A stretch of DNA of 64,000 bases from Nemertoderma westbladi (lineage: Eukaryota; Animalia; Xenacoelomorpha), in the NCBI GenBank assembly GCA_032718475.1, contig JAUCBJ010008939.1, forward strand, positions 1-64,000. Direction: 5' to 3'. The notes beneath the pieces are model-generated. The model ran no database searches. It saw nothing but the letters and a program-made list of their open reading frames with translations, and was not told where the DNA came from. Both the position numbers and the translations under genes were made by a program. This document shows, piece by piece, positions 32,384 through 46,340 of the stretch; position 1 is the first letter of the stretch; every line of letters starts with the position of its first letter.

Positions 32384-35300
32384 TTACTTTGGGGAGTCCC
32401 TAGATGTTTGTTGGATTAGGGAGGTGGTCGTGGGAAGAGTATCTTGCCTTCCATTGTTTCCGGAGAGTTCTCTGTCTCTTTCCAGTAAACATAAACGACC
32501 AACTGGGCGATTGAGTTGTTGTGTCTCGAACACAATTCCAGGTTTCTTAAAGTTACGTCGCATGACGACGAGTTCTACCGATCGCACTAAACCGTCATCT
32601 GAGATATGAGTCTCGATGATACGACCTGTCTGCCACCGCTTACGTGGAAGATCTGACTCCACAATAAGGACCATGTCTCCGGCGCTGACGTTTTCTTGCT
32701 GCGCAAACCACTTAGTTCGAAGTTGTAGCGTAGGCAGATAATGTTTTTCGAAATGGTCAGCGAAACGACGGGATAACAACTGCATAAGTTGCCAAGTTTG
32801 CCGGCAGTATTCGTCTCCGTCCGTGATTTCTGATCATGGGAGCATGGCTACAGGTTTCTTCAGTAGGAAGTGCGTGGGTGTTAGCGCTTCCAGGGAATCG
32901 GGTCTCGATGAGACTGGCATAAGCGGTCTCTCGTTGAGATAGGCGGCGATTTCCTCCATTAACGTCCGCAAAAGTTCGTCGGTGAGATACGCGCGGCATG
33001 GCACTATAAAGTGAAATGCGGTCTTCACGCTTCTGATTAATCTCTCCCAACTTCCTCCCCACCAAGGGGCGTCGGCGGCGTTGAAGGTCCAGCTAGAAGC
33101 GGTTACCTTTAGCTGATCGTCCACCTGTCTTTGATTCCAATCTCTGACGTAAGCCTTGATTTCATTGTTGGCACCAATGAAGTTCGTTCCTTTATCAGAT
33201 CTCATTGTGTTACTAGTTCCAAAGCGAGTGATCTGTCGGCGTAAGCTCAATATGAAGCTATTGGTAGATAAATCGTTCACCATATTGAGATGGATAGCTC
33301 TACAAGTCATACAGACAAAGATGACACACCATCTCTTGACTATAGTCCTAGCACGATATACTTCAATAGGGCCAAATAAATCTACACCGGTATTTGTGAA
33401 GGGTGGTTCATAGAAGCTTACTCGTTCCCTAGGTAATTCTGCCTCTCGCTGTGTTAAAGGCCTACTGAATGCTTTCCTACATGGTATGCAGTTCCTAAGG
33501 ACTTGGTTCAGAGCCCTACGGGGTTTATGAAAATAATAGCGAGTTCGAATTTCGCTAAGAACTCGTTCTCTACCAGCATGGTAAAGCTTACTGTGAACAT
33601 CTACAATCATCTTGATTTATATTTCAAGATTTCTAATGAGTATGGGAAACTTAGTGTCAAAGGATAATGGAGCATTAGTTAGTCTTCCTCCAACGCGTAT
33701 TAACCCATCTATCATTGTGCTAGAGAAACGATCCCTTAAGCGCATCTGTGAATTTCTCAACAACAAGAATTACTTATCGGAATCCTCATAGCATTGCAGG
33801 AGTCTCAGTATCTGCTTATTTGTTTCTTCATGCTCCTGGTATGTGATCCTTTCTTTAAGAAATCTGTCTGAGGTCTTGTATTTAGGAAGATCTTTAACAA
33901 CATGGACCTGCGCGGATGTCAATGGAGCGGTATCACTAGCGCTCTTCGTCCTGGAGTAGTGATGATGAAAACAACGCTTTAAATAAACAATGGCCTTACA
34001 AAGCCGATTCCAGGAGCTATAGTGATGCATCGCTCTCTGCAGGAGAGGTGAGAGTCCTTGCGAGACATCTGGTGTTCCAGATTTCCAATCTCTCTCTCTG
34101 ATTTCCACAACAGACTTATGTGTGGCTGGGGGTTTTGGTTCCAAGGCTTCGTCTCCGGAAATATGTAGTACAGACAGATCTATCACGGGTTTAAATAACT
34201 TCGATTTACTCGCCCGGGTTTTAGGTTTGACTTTCTCCGCTCCCTTGGCTTGTCTAATTTCCGCCGTAGTAAGATGAGGAGGCCATTCATCCTCTTCCTT
34301 GCTTAGGAAGTCGGGTCCACCTAACCAGTCTGGAGTATCTATTAGTTCTTGTGGAGTTGCTCCCCTGGATGCGATGTCGGCTGGATTAATCGTCCCAGGG
34401 CAATGTCTCCATTGATCTACCTTCGTGCGACTAAGTATAATGGCTACTCTGTTAGTAACGAAGACGCTGAACTGACAGACTTCATTGGTTATATACTCCA
34501 ACACGAGTAAAGCATCGGTCCAATAGACAGTTTTCTCCAGTGGATAGTCGATCTGTTCTGTTACATTCCGGCCGATGGCTGTAGCGTATAGAGCCGCCTT
34601 TAACTCCGCTCGAGGAACTTTCAACTTGTTGTTTATCAAGGCCTTAGAGGTAACCAAGGCGACCTTAATTCCATCCGGAGTTTCAACTCTCAGGTAGGCT
34701 ACTATACCTATTCCCATATCGCTGGCGTCTCCAAACACATGGAGTTGATAGGAATACGTGGGGAGAACATGACCAAAATAAGAACGGGAAATAATAAAGT
34801 TCTCGATGGAAGGTAGAGAATCTTCCCATTTCATCCACTTCTTTAATAGTTCTCCCTTAAGTGGATCGTCCCATGAGTGGTTTTCAAGCCACATTTGTTG
34901 TACTAAACTCCGAGCAATCAATATAACTGGGCTAATAAATCCCAATGGATCGAAATAAGTGCTCAGGATACTTAAACAAATCCGTTAGGTACGAACTGGA
35001 TTATCTCGCGGTTTTAGTTGGAAAAACAGGATATAAGGTCTAGATCTTTAGCTCCTCGGTCTTCTACCGGGATCGATTCCAGAAATTCACGGGAGTTACT
35101 TGTGAATTTAGTTAATCTAAATCCACCTCTTTTCAAACACTCTACCGTTCCTTTGGCGACATCAATGACTTCTTCCACCGATGGGAGTGACTTTAAATTG
35201 TCGTCCATGTATATATCCCGTTTGATGTTGTCTATAACTTCTTTGGAGAAGGCGTCTCGGTTGTCATCAGCAGTGGTGCGCACTACTGAGCAGGCGTTTG

Positions 35301-38300
35301 AAGGGCTCGAGATGATCCCAAAAGCCTGGATGGTCATCCATTAATCCACCGGTTTCTGGTTGAGGTCTCCTTCAGGCCACCACAGAAATCGTAGGCTGTC
35401 GCGATCCCTTTCCAGCGCCTTAACTTGTAAGAACATGCCTTCTATATCTGAGGCGAAAGCAATTGAATATTGTCTTAATCTAATAGAGTATTCCCAACAA
35501 GGATTGGAGTAAGTTGGGTCCCGGCAATAACTCGGAGTTAAGGGATTGGCCCATGTAGAGAGCGGAACCGTCAAATACTACCCGGACTTCGTTGGGTTTA
35601 CCGGGTTTGGGAACGTAATGATGTGTCAAATAGTACGTTCTCTCAGTTATGGGTGTTCTTTCCGGTACTCGCTCCGCGTATCCCTTGTCAATGAATTTCT
35701 TCAACTGGGTCTTGTACATTTCCTTAGCTGAAGTATTTGCCGTAAGGCGTCGATGTAGTTGCGCAATTATCTTCTCTGCCAAGGGTCGGGTGTTTATAAA
35801 ATTGGGTTCTCGCCGTCGGAAAGGCAGACCAATCTCATACCTACCTTGATCTTTAAGAAAATGTGTAGTCGTCTCCTGTATCTGCTTGGCTCTTTCTTCT
35901 TCTACCGATAGGGCCTTATCATAGGAATTGGGCTCTACAGCCTCTTGAGTAAAGAATCGTACGGCGTGTTCATCGCGAACCTTCACGTTGTAACGGTCTA
36001 TTACTTCATTTAGTTCGTCGTTGTAATCGACTAGTCCCGCTGGATGGACGAGGTGACAAAGGTTCACTTGGTTTTGCCAAGTTTCACTTTCTGTAAGGAG
36101 GTCGATGGTATTCTCCTCGTCGAATAGTTGATGAATATTGTCATTATCTGAGGAGTGTGGTGTTCCCTCAGGTGAGTCATCTCCCTCACGGGTTTCCCCT
36201 TCCCATTCACTCACATGGTAGACTTGCTCCTTTGGTAGCCTTTCCATGAGTGTCCTACGGGAGGGACCAGTACCAACCTACTCTAGTTCTTCCCACATAA
36301 GTTTGCAGTGGTCGCGGTTGAGTAGGCCGTTTCTCTAATGTCTCCAGCGCCTCATGCGCATTTTGGCCGATGAGTATTTGTACCCCAGGGTCTTCTGTGT
36401 TGAATCTAGGTATGTCATACTGCTGGGTGAAATCGTCTTCATCCCAGTTATAAGGTTCCACTTGGCTGGTAGCGAAGTTCTTTATCGCCACCATTTTTAC
36501 TGACCTTATACTGTGTTCTCCTAGTTCATCCTGGGGGGTGGACAACGCGCCTACATAGTAGTCTGTAGCTACGGTAGATTTCCAAACCTGCATAATTCCT
36601 GAAAGGTTGAACTTAGTTCGGAACTTGGGTTGTCCAGCAAAGATATCTTCGGCTAGTTCTTTGTCGATGAATGTTCCTGTGCTGCCGGAGTCGAGAAGGG
36701 CGTTCACTATATAACTCTTGCTTAACCCGTGGACTCTCAACTGCACTACGGGAAATTCTCGGATTCCTACGTTGGAAGTTGGCACTTTCCAAGATGGTTG
36801 TCGGTCTGGAATAGTTAGGGGGAGCTCACTCTCAGTTTCTGTCTCATACATAAGTGCTCGATACACTGCGGTGTTTATTAGATAACAGGATTCGTTTTCG
36901 TCAGAGAATTCATCCGTGTAGAATCCTTCCATCTCAGTTGGACATGTAGTTCAGACTCACTTACCTGACTCGGGCTGTTTCTTTCAAATTCGGTGTGCAA
37001 CAAAATATGATGTTTCGCGCCGCACTTCGCACACCTTGCGTCGGAGTAACAGGTTCGCCGTTGGTGTCCTTGTCTGAGACAATTATAACACAACCGCTTA
37101 TCCCACATGACTTCGCGTCTATCTTTTAGGGATTTCTTTAAGAATTCCTCGCACACACTTAAACGATGGGGCCCGTCACACAACGCACATTTTGGTTTGA
37201 TGTTACTTACTTTACCTTGGTTAATGTTGTGCACACTCGTTTTTTCTTCGGGTTTTCTTCCATGAACTCTCTTAGGAGACGTGGGAGGAGTTTTTGTTGT
37301 CTGTTCTCTCCTATCATTGGTTCGAGACTTAAATTTACTTACGTCTTTTGGTGCTTTGTTGACATAGTAAGATCTTTCAGTGTCTCTCCCATTGCTCTCC
37401 TCTTGAGAGGTTTGGCTTTCGCCATCGTCCGTATAACACACTGGTGTTACCTTTCTCCTAGAGATGGGTTTCTCACTTACCTTATTTTCCGGTGTCTTCT
37501 CTCTGGACTGCTTTAGGAGTTGTAATCTTACCTCTCCATCTAAGAAAGACATGAGATCAGCCATGGTAGGGTCTCTTTGTTGCTGGTCCATCATATAGAG
37601 CACTTTCTTGTCCCAGCGAGTACCTACTCCACCCTTGGGCAAAGTAGAGGCTACGGCTCCAATAACCATGGAACTCTGATATTCATGAGACTTACCTAAC
37701 CAATCTAGTTGTCTACAGATCTCCTGAATCTCATCGGAAAACTCTATAATCCCGCTGCTAAGGAACTTTCGGGGTGCTACCAATTTGGCATACAAATACC
37801 TAGCTATGTTTGTCCTATTACCATACCTGATGTTTAGTGTATTCCAAACTTGTCTTAATCCATCTGGGTGTCCAATAAACTTTAACGCCATTAACTTGGG
37901 AGGTCCTTCCAAACACTCGATGAGGAATCTAAGTTTCTCTCCGTTAGAAAGTACAGAGTTCTGTATGTTATCTTTATAATATTCATTAAAAGGTAACCAT
38001 TTCATCTCATCTCCATTGAACTTGACGATTTCTCCCACCTTTACCGCTTGACGGGCTTCGGTTCTAGCCATTTGACGCGTAAAACTTTCTTGGGCCATCG
38101 TGTTATTTAATATCGAGTTATCGGTATATAAATTTCTCGGATTATGATCAGGTCTATATGGAATATCATTGTCAACAGGTTTATAATTACCCTTAATAGG
38201 GTTTACTATAGGAGTTTCTACTTCACTAGCAGTATAGATGCGTGTAGGTTCCATCCACACCTTGCGCATGAAATACTTCAGACCTAACAGGTTGACACAT

Positions 38301-40490
38301 TGTTACAGGGGGTGGTGGTATACCCCTTTGTGTGTTGACCAATTTATCGCGTTCTAACGCGATACTCTGCTGCACTTCTTGCAACTCTAACCTACTTTCC
38401 CTTACTGTTCCCTTAAACTGTTGAACAGTCTCCTGCATCTGCCCAAGCAGGAGATCCATCCCCCGCCGTCTCTCATCCACCCACTCAACCGCCGAAGCGG
38501 GAGCCGCCAACATAGTAGCGGGTAGACGAGGGACGACGGGCGACAAATCTTTAATGTCTCGCTCGGCGTCCAGGACATGAATGGTCTCAGGGTCTGTTTT
38601 ACTGGGCACAGGTAATTTAGTACTGTGCAAAGGGAATTTAGAGGTAGGATCTGGAAGTACAGGTGTCTCTATCACCGAAGTGGTGGCTTCGAGAACAGAC
38701 CTAATTATTTCAGGCTCATCTACTATAGTAGGGAGTCTTTCTACTCTAATAATTTGGTCTGTGGGTTCTGTATTACCTAAGTCTGTGCTAGCTAGTTGCC
38801 GTCTCACAGCTGGGGGCAAATTAGGCAATTTCTGACGGTGGGGCGTTCTTCTACGCCTACTGGAACGAGATCTATTTCCTCCACCTTCAGGATCTGTGGT
38901 ATCGCCTTCATCAGATGATGTAAATCCCTGTCTTTTGGGAGTAGATTTACTTATAATCTGCCACTGACTAGCTGTTCTCTGTTTATCAATGTAGTCTTGC
39001 TTCTCTTGAAGATTTTCCAACTCTAGTTGGGCGGTCTCTTCAGACACCCTTCGTTCTGCTTCTGCCACTGCTACCTTTCTTTCCGCTTCTGCCGTCTTTC
39101 TTTCCGCTTCTGCCGCTGCCATCGCCGCTTTTCTTTCCACTTCTGCCACTGCCATCGCCGCTTTTCTTTCCACTTCTGCCTCTGCCACTGCCGCTTTTCT
39201 TTCCACTTCTGCCGCTTTTCTTTCCGCTTCTGCCTCTGCCACTGCCGCTTTTCTTTCCACTTCTGCCGCTTTTCTTTCTGCTTCTGCCTCTGCCGCTGCC
39301 GCTGCTGCTGTCTTTCTGTCTTCTATACGTTTTTTCTTTACTTGTTCTTCTTGAACCCTAGTGATGCGGATGCTTTCATCAAATTTAGCTTGGTTTGCAG
39401 CTAACATTTCCGCATCTATTGCGTCCAACACCAACTTGGCTCCTTCACTATTAGGGCGAAGTCCAGCTAACCGTCTCCTTAACTCTTCGTCACCTATAAA
39501 TCGCTGATAGTCTGACAGATAGATGTCAATGGCGTCCTTCTTCTGAGGTTTCTCTGATGTCGCTTCGCTTTCCACCTGAGAAAAGGTAGCGTCTGTTGAT
39601 TCTCCATGGGTTGAGCGTTCATCCAGCTGAAATTTCCACTGGGCCGTTCCTTGAACTTTGAGATCCACTCGCTGGAACCAAGTCTTCACGGCAACTTGTA
39701 ACGACGTGTCTTGGCTTCTTTTCGACGCTTCCTCGAAGGCGGAAAGAATTAGTCTGATCCGCATAACTCGTTCGCGAACTTGATAAAGCAGCTCTCCCTG
39801 CTCTTGAGGTCCTTGGGGTTGTTGAAACAGTTGTTCCTCTAATCGCTCCAGAGAGCTGAAGAATCTATGTACATATCCTGCTGCCGACCTCTTCCACACA
39901 GCCAGATCTCTAGTGTCCATTAACACTCCCATCCTGTATAAATCTTCCCAGGCAGCTTCCGATAAGTTAAACGGGAGTCTGGGTCCGGGGAAATTCCATT
40001 GCGTCTCGACAATAGACTTCAGTTCCTCCTTCGTGTATCCCGCATAACTGTCTTTGGTCGATCGCTTGCTTCTCGCCCAATCCATTTGATGTTCCTCCAC
40101 CGCAATCAATACTCTAGTGAGTACGGCTTCCGGAAGAATGAGAAGTGGATCAGAATAAACCGCTTCTGCCATCTTTGCTCCGCGCTCGGGTGTCAGCTCT
40201 ACAGTATCTGAACTACTGGAGCTATCGGGCCGCTGAGAAATAAGTTCTCGGCTCGAGTGTTGCTGCTGTTTAACAGCTGCCTCTTGGTCCCGCTTAACTT
40301 GAGCCCGAGTGCCTATGATAGACCTACTGTGTTTGACTAGCCTAGGGTCTGATACTACTACTGGAGGGATGACTTTTCTTACAGTAGGATGGGAGTTGAA
40401 CTTCGGTCTCAAACGTTCCACACTCCTATCTGGGTCACAGATGGTTGTATCTAGGAGACTATCTGACAGGTTTTGCTTTGGGTCAGCCAT
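32384..40490 (-). pseudogene. gag-pol of element 2 with multiple frameshifts and stops
   Basis: Gag knuckles, ALLDSGS, RT (VRVVFDGSA, SDIEGMFLQV, IYMDD), RH (LHVFGDAS, VPRAEL, NPADIASRG), IN (HSKLYH, CIPC, GVDLFGP, SDKGTNF, APWWGGSWERLIRSVK). Confidence 0.95.
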
Positions 40491-42413
40491 GTTAGTTTGT
40501 ACAGTTGAATGCCTACTGCTAGAACTACAGTTAAAGCAAGTCTAGTAATTCAGTATCAACTAAAAGCCTAGTAATTAATTACCGATATCGTTACTCAGTG
40601 TAACGTGATACATATACAATATATTAAAATACCAGTATACACTTATAGTATAAGTATTATTACAGACTAGAGTTTGTCACAAAAATACCGGTATATAATT
40701 CAGCGTAAATATATATAAATATATAATAAGCCTACCGTGAATACCGGTATACAGTTTACACTTATAGTATATATAAGTATAATTATAGACTAAATTAATT
40801 ACAGAATACCGGTATATGATTTCAGCATAAGTTTATAGAAATAAATATAATAAGCCTATCGTAAATACCGGTATATCAATTATTTTAGAATAATTGAATT
40901 TCTGAAATTTTGGGTTACTTGGTTACTTTACGTTACTTTATTACCATTATTTAAGCAGTAGTCCAACTGATATTAAGACCTAATTGATGGATGACAGGCC
41001 TACTATTTATAAATCAGTTTAAGTTGATTTATTATATATATATATACCCGTATAATGGGATTTGACAATATTTGAAACAAATGTTATTGTTTCTGGTTAA
41101 TGGAGTCACTACACAGAAGCTAACGCTCTCAGTGGAGTGCTACCTGTTGGACACTAAAACAAATAATTCTAATTTACTAAGTTACTTATTACTACTAATT
41201 ACGTACAATGTTACAGACAGGGTGAGATTACGATCTCTAAATAAACAATAACAAATTACACGTACAAAATTTAGGGTAATTTTACAGGGAATCTACAAAC
41301 CAGTCTAACAAGGTGTTAGATTTCTGGTTATTACAAACGAACAGGAAACTACGGTATTTGAAAATAATTAAGCAGTAGTAAATACACTGTGTTGTCCAGA
41401 TAAGAAAATACTACCGTCTGACGACTTATAGCCTTTTTGCTTTACAGCACTATAAGTACTACGTTATGTACCCGGAGTGTCCTTACCTAGAAGTTAATTA
41501 CCGCAGCCTACCAGAGCTAACGTGCCTATTAACCACTTTACAACACAAATATACTGTCCACAAACTAATTACCTTCGGAAAGTATTGTACACTAAACCCT
41601 AAATTAGGTACAAGTACTTATATAGCAAATAACCAGCAGTTAAATATACTTGAACAGCTAAAAGAACCACGGCATCTGCTGGAGTGACTAGCACATAAAA
41701 TCACCAGTCTTTACCTACACCAAGCAGCCCTGATGTAATACCGGGGTTAATTTAACTATAACGGTATGTATAACAAGCACAATTACTGTAGGAATAAACT
41801 GGGGGAGTTTGATGGTTGCGAATACTTGCATAAACTCTGAATAATAAATATTGCGCTACCCGTACAGACTACACAAACAAAATACAGACCAAACGCTGAC
41901 AGACTACTATCAAGCCTAAATAAACTACAGTATATGCAGACTCCGAAATGGTTAGTCATATTGCGTTCTAACCGAGTAGTACGACTTATTCTTTCGGGGG
42001 GATTTACCTTACAACTCAAGATGCCCCTACTTTCCTAACTAGTACTTTATCAGACATACACTCTACATACACTGCAATCTCTTCAGACCTAACAACAGCC
42101 AGACAACAATCCAGCCTACAAATTATCTATAGAATCTGAGCAGGCTTACACGCCCTCTGCTCAATATTAACTTACAGATAAATAAAACTGACAGAAATAA
42201 GTAAAATCTCAATAAAAAACCAGGGCTGCAGTCCCTGATCAAATATCAAGACCTACCGGTATATAATTATAAAAATCGAATAATACTGATGTACCTGTAC
42301 TGCTGTAAGTACCGGTTCGGTTGGTTAGGTAGTTAGGCCTACTGATTACAGGTCGACTGGTAGTTTTCGACTTTATTGCCTACGTTGCAATAAAGAAAAG
42401 CTATAACTGTTAT

Positions 42414-43602
42414 TGTTCGCGCTTTTAGACCTTTAGCAGTTTAACCCGCCAATTTTTGGTGTCTTCTAGGTTATAAATCGACTTTAGCCTACAACAAGTA
42501 TTTGTTGCATATAAGATATAAATTTACACTTGCCGAAGCCAGCCTGTGCGCGACCATTCACCCACTGTTAAGGGAGACTGGATTCGGAGGCTCTGACCTT
42601 ATTGCGGTGTAGACTTACTGTACTATTCGATTGATCATTACTATCGTCTGACAAATATTATCTACTTTCGGGAAATATTAACAGTTCCTTTGGGACGTGG
42701 CGCACTAAGCATGTAAACAGAGTTATGACTTACACTAAACACAACGGGATGGCTATTGATTTTCGTATAAAGCGCATTCTTTAGGAAATGCTTTGTTATC
42801 TGACACACTCATGCATACTACTGCACAATGCTGCACACTGATCTGCCGACCGTCACTGAATTTGATGATATGTAAAGAGAATAGCAACCGACACATGTAG
42901 AGGCTATGAAATAGCATTCAATTCACTACAAACCACTATAATGTAAGTCGCAGTTGCTACCGGTAACCGGTCTCTCTAACCTTCAGTAATCAAGAAGATT
43001 GGGGTTTTATGATTATTTATCGATATTCTCCAAATATAACACATATCCATCAGCTTCTAACAATTAATAACTGACAGTAAATAGCAGTAAAATAATGCGG
43101 TGAAAGTTGGGTAGGACGTAATGCATTGAGTTGACTGGACTGTACCGTGATAACAGTTATATGTTCCTATAATCAAAGCCGTCAAATGTCTGGCTAAAGT
43201 CTGAAACTAAGAATAATTCCAAAGCCGATGTTCTGGGCTCAGGAAAAAGGTAAACAAAACCGTCATGCATTGCGCGATTTCCCGTAGGCTTCTGTGCAAA
43301 TAAAGTGAAAATCGCTCTGATTGGTTGAGCCGAACAACGAACAAAGAGGGGTTCAGGTTCCACGTTGGCAGTAAATCAGCTGATAGATTTCGTCATCTAG
43401 TCCACACTGTAGTAAGAGTATTTTGGCGTATTGCGGCATAAAATGGCTTGTTATGTCCGCTAAAGTACACATACAGAAAAAATGGCTTTTTATGTCCACT
43501 GAAACACCGGTACAGTAAGAAAACGGCTTTTTATGTCCGTTAAAACATCTACAGAGTACTTTGCGGGGAAAATGACTAGCTATATCCGCAAAAGCCTTTA
43601 CA
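42414..43602 (-). repeat. 5' LTR of element 2
   Basis: TGTAAAGGC...GCGCGAACA on minus strand. Confidence 0.95.
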
Positions 43603-44652
43603 ATTTATGCTTTCAAAGTCTGCAACAATAACAAAAGGTAGCTTTGACTTATACCAATACTTTTCGAATTTTAGAATATTATTTTTGTTTTTTATAGGCA
43701 TGATGATTTTTGCTGATTTATTCCCATAACATAATTCTTCATGCTTTTGTAGACCATCTGTTTCAAAGAAACTTCTCAGACAATTCCGACAGTAAAACAA
43801 GGAATAAGTAAGCGATGTATTTGTTTGAATGAAGCCATTTAAAAATGATGAAAATTTTGCAATCAAAGTATAATGTTGTTTCTGACCATCTGTAAGAAAC
43901 AACAAGTCTATCTGCTCTCTATCTCTGAAATTACTAATACGAAGGGGAAGAAGGGCTTTCTTATCTTCAATACAAAATACATTAATAGCATAATTGTTTT
44001 GTTTTTCAAATTTGTTAATTGACTTTAGAGAGACTGGGTAATCTATACCTTTCATATTTAGGATATTTTCACATGGTTTATACTTAGTAACTCGATTTCT
44101 ATGTTCTGATTGGGGTTGGATGTGTGCTAATATGCTCCATAGGAAACATTTTTCATCATCATTCTTCACATTGACAATATAGGTTGATCTAAAAGGTAGT
44201 TTTATAAAACTAGACCCACCCATATTTGAAAAAACAGATAATTTAAATTTTGCTTCAGTGATTTCCTTAAATATCAACCCTGTCCCTCTACCTTCCATTT
44301 CTTGAACCCATGTAGTTGTTTTAGTTTTTTTAGACTCTATTGCTTGATCAATGTTGTTTTCTGAAAGTATTAATTCTGGATCGTGTCTATTGTAATACAA
44401 TTCAATGTCTCCCTTTATAGGATGTATAAATATTATTTCCATAACAATTTGCATTTTGATTGATGATTTTGTTAACATTCGTCTCATTTCAATCGAAACT
44501 TTGTCTCTTATTGATTCAAAAAATGTATCAACAGATTGTTGTTCAAATGCCATGATTTCATATTCAAAAGTTAAGTTTTTGAATTGCTTGCTCATGTGCA
44601 ATTCAACTGAATGTTTACCTGACTGATTTTGTGTATTTGATAAACTTGCCAT
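43603..44652 (-). pseudogene. N-terminal part of Polinton/Maverick-like protein-primed DNA polymerase B, split by element 2
   Basis: NVKNDDEKCFLWSILA, YPVSLKSINKFEKQN..INVF, HYTLI, CRNCL...HEELC, PFVIVADFES (Exo I); frame resumes briefly at 25507 (VPMNQNDLLCKQIP). Confidence 0.8.
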
Positions 44653-46340
44653 TTTATATATATTTTATTTCTTTAAACCAATTATTTATAGATTACATCT
44701 TACTTCTAACATTAACCTTTGATCCCAAGATTAAACTATATAGAATGCAAGTCATTATAAAAATTACTTTAATTAACTTTCAATACCTCGGAGGTTTCAA
44801 TATCTTAGTTTCCAACCAAAGCCTACTCATACATTCTCATTTTTTTTTATCTACAATGACCTTTGATCAGCGTGTGAGAACCTATTATTTGTTTAATATA
44901 TATTGAAGTAGCTCCACGTGCCGTGCATTATAAGGAGTAAATTTTAACCTGGGGGTAGTTGGTGTTCTCATTTATAGGTTTTTTATACTACTTGTGTATA
45001 ACCATCCCATATCTCAAAAACTCAAGCAGGTACGCAAAAATTGTAATAACAAACTCTGCATAAATTTTGGTTGTGTACAAGACTATATTTTTTGTGGCGT
45101 TTCGATCACGGGGTCACTGAAAATAGCGGTTTTGAAAGTTTAATGTCGAATTTCACCGATTTCAACTCTTCGAGTATGCACCAACTTTTTTATTTGGGCT
45201 ATTCAGTCATTTGAGCCTCAGAATCTTTTAACATATCGCCAATCTCGCACAGAACGTCGCCAAAATTTGTTAGTCCGGCAAAAAAACGCACTAATTCGTC
45301 TAAAAGAGTAAATTATTGGTTGCAGAATAATATGATTCAACTATAAAAGCCAGCAAGCTGTCTGTAAGGAGACCGTCCATATAGACAAATGTAGTGTTAG
45401 TTGGGTCCCTCATCATTCATTATCATCAACCTATAAACCATTTAAACAGCGCAGTGCTTACAATTCAATCAGCTGGCCTCCCACCTAACATCAGTGAGTA
45501 AACCTTATAGATATTGTCATAGGATTCACTGGCAAGAGCTATTCATCTGGTGGGGTAATACATTATACAAACTTATAGTTGATGTTTGATTACTGTCTGG
45601 GTTAGAGTGAGATAGTAATAAATTTGGCAAGTAATATACAGTAGGCCTACTCCTCTGCAGTTTGGGCATATCCATGCAATAAATAGTAGTAGCTTACTAG
45701 GCCCACATGACTACCAGCAGCTGGTGTTTCTATCATTGAGTTGATGGCAATTATCGTGTTTTCATTTTCGCTCACTCAGGGTACTAGTTTGAGGGGCAGG
45801 TTCGTTTAATGCCAGCTTGCTGGCTTTCTAGTAAAAAGTTTGAACCGATTGGATAATCGATTGCATAAAGGTTTATAAATAAATTATCCTCGTCAATCCT
45901 TAATACTATGTTGTACATACAGTAGAAAATATATCACATACACAATATTCGGTTACATATAATTGCTAATGCTATACAATTTCTCATGTGGAAATTGTTC
46001 TATGTGGTACATAAGACCTTTACTATCAACGTCTATTTGATTTTTATGCTACATATTATAGTAGCCTTTTCCTTTCCAAAAGTCAGACAATACTGTTCAT
46101 ATGATCACATAACCTTATGGGAAAGTTAAGTCATGACACAAAGGACTGTTTTATGGTTTTATCTCCAACTCGAAGGAAATGTCACATGGGACCTTTTCTC
46201 CCTAAGCCCTACTAGTAAGTAAATTCCGCCAGAGAATAGTAAATAGAATAGCAATAATGTAATATAAATTTAGATGAATTAATTTAAATTTAATATCTAA
46301 TAAGTAATAATAATATCTAATAAGTAATTAGATATCTTAC

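Larger units (their letters stand above)
25513..43602 (-). mobile_element. BEL/Pao LTR retrotransposon 2, full length (18.1 kb), decayed
   Basis: LTRs 42414-43602 and 25513-26706 (roughly a dozen substitutions plus small indels); TSD ATTTA (25508-25512, 43603-43607); order Gag-PR-RT-RH-IN-ORF2. Confidence 0.95.

Noticed and set aside
43576-43602. C-terminal CKGFCGYS of ORF 43576-44652
   Set aside because: Read-through into the LTR, not part of the polymerase.
44944-45305. Segment flanked by a 9-bp direct repeat GAGTAAATT
   Set aside because: No TIRs or second copy in the window; AT-rich repeat may be chance.
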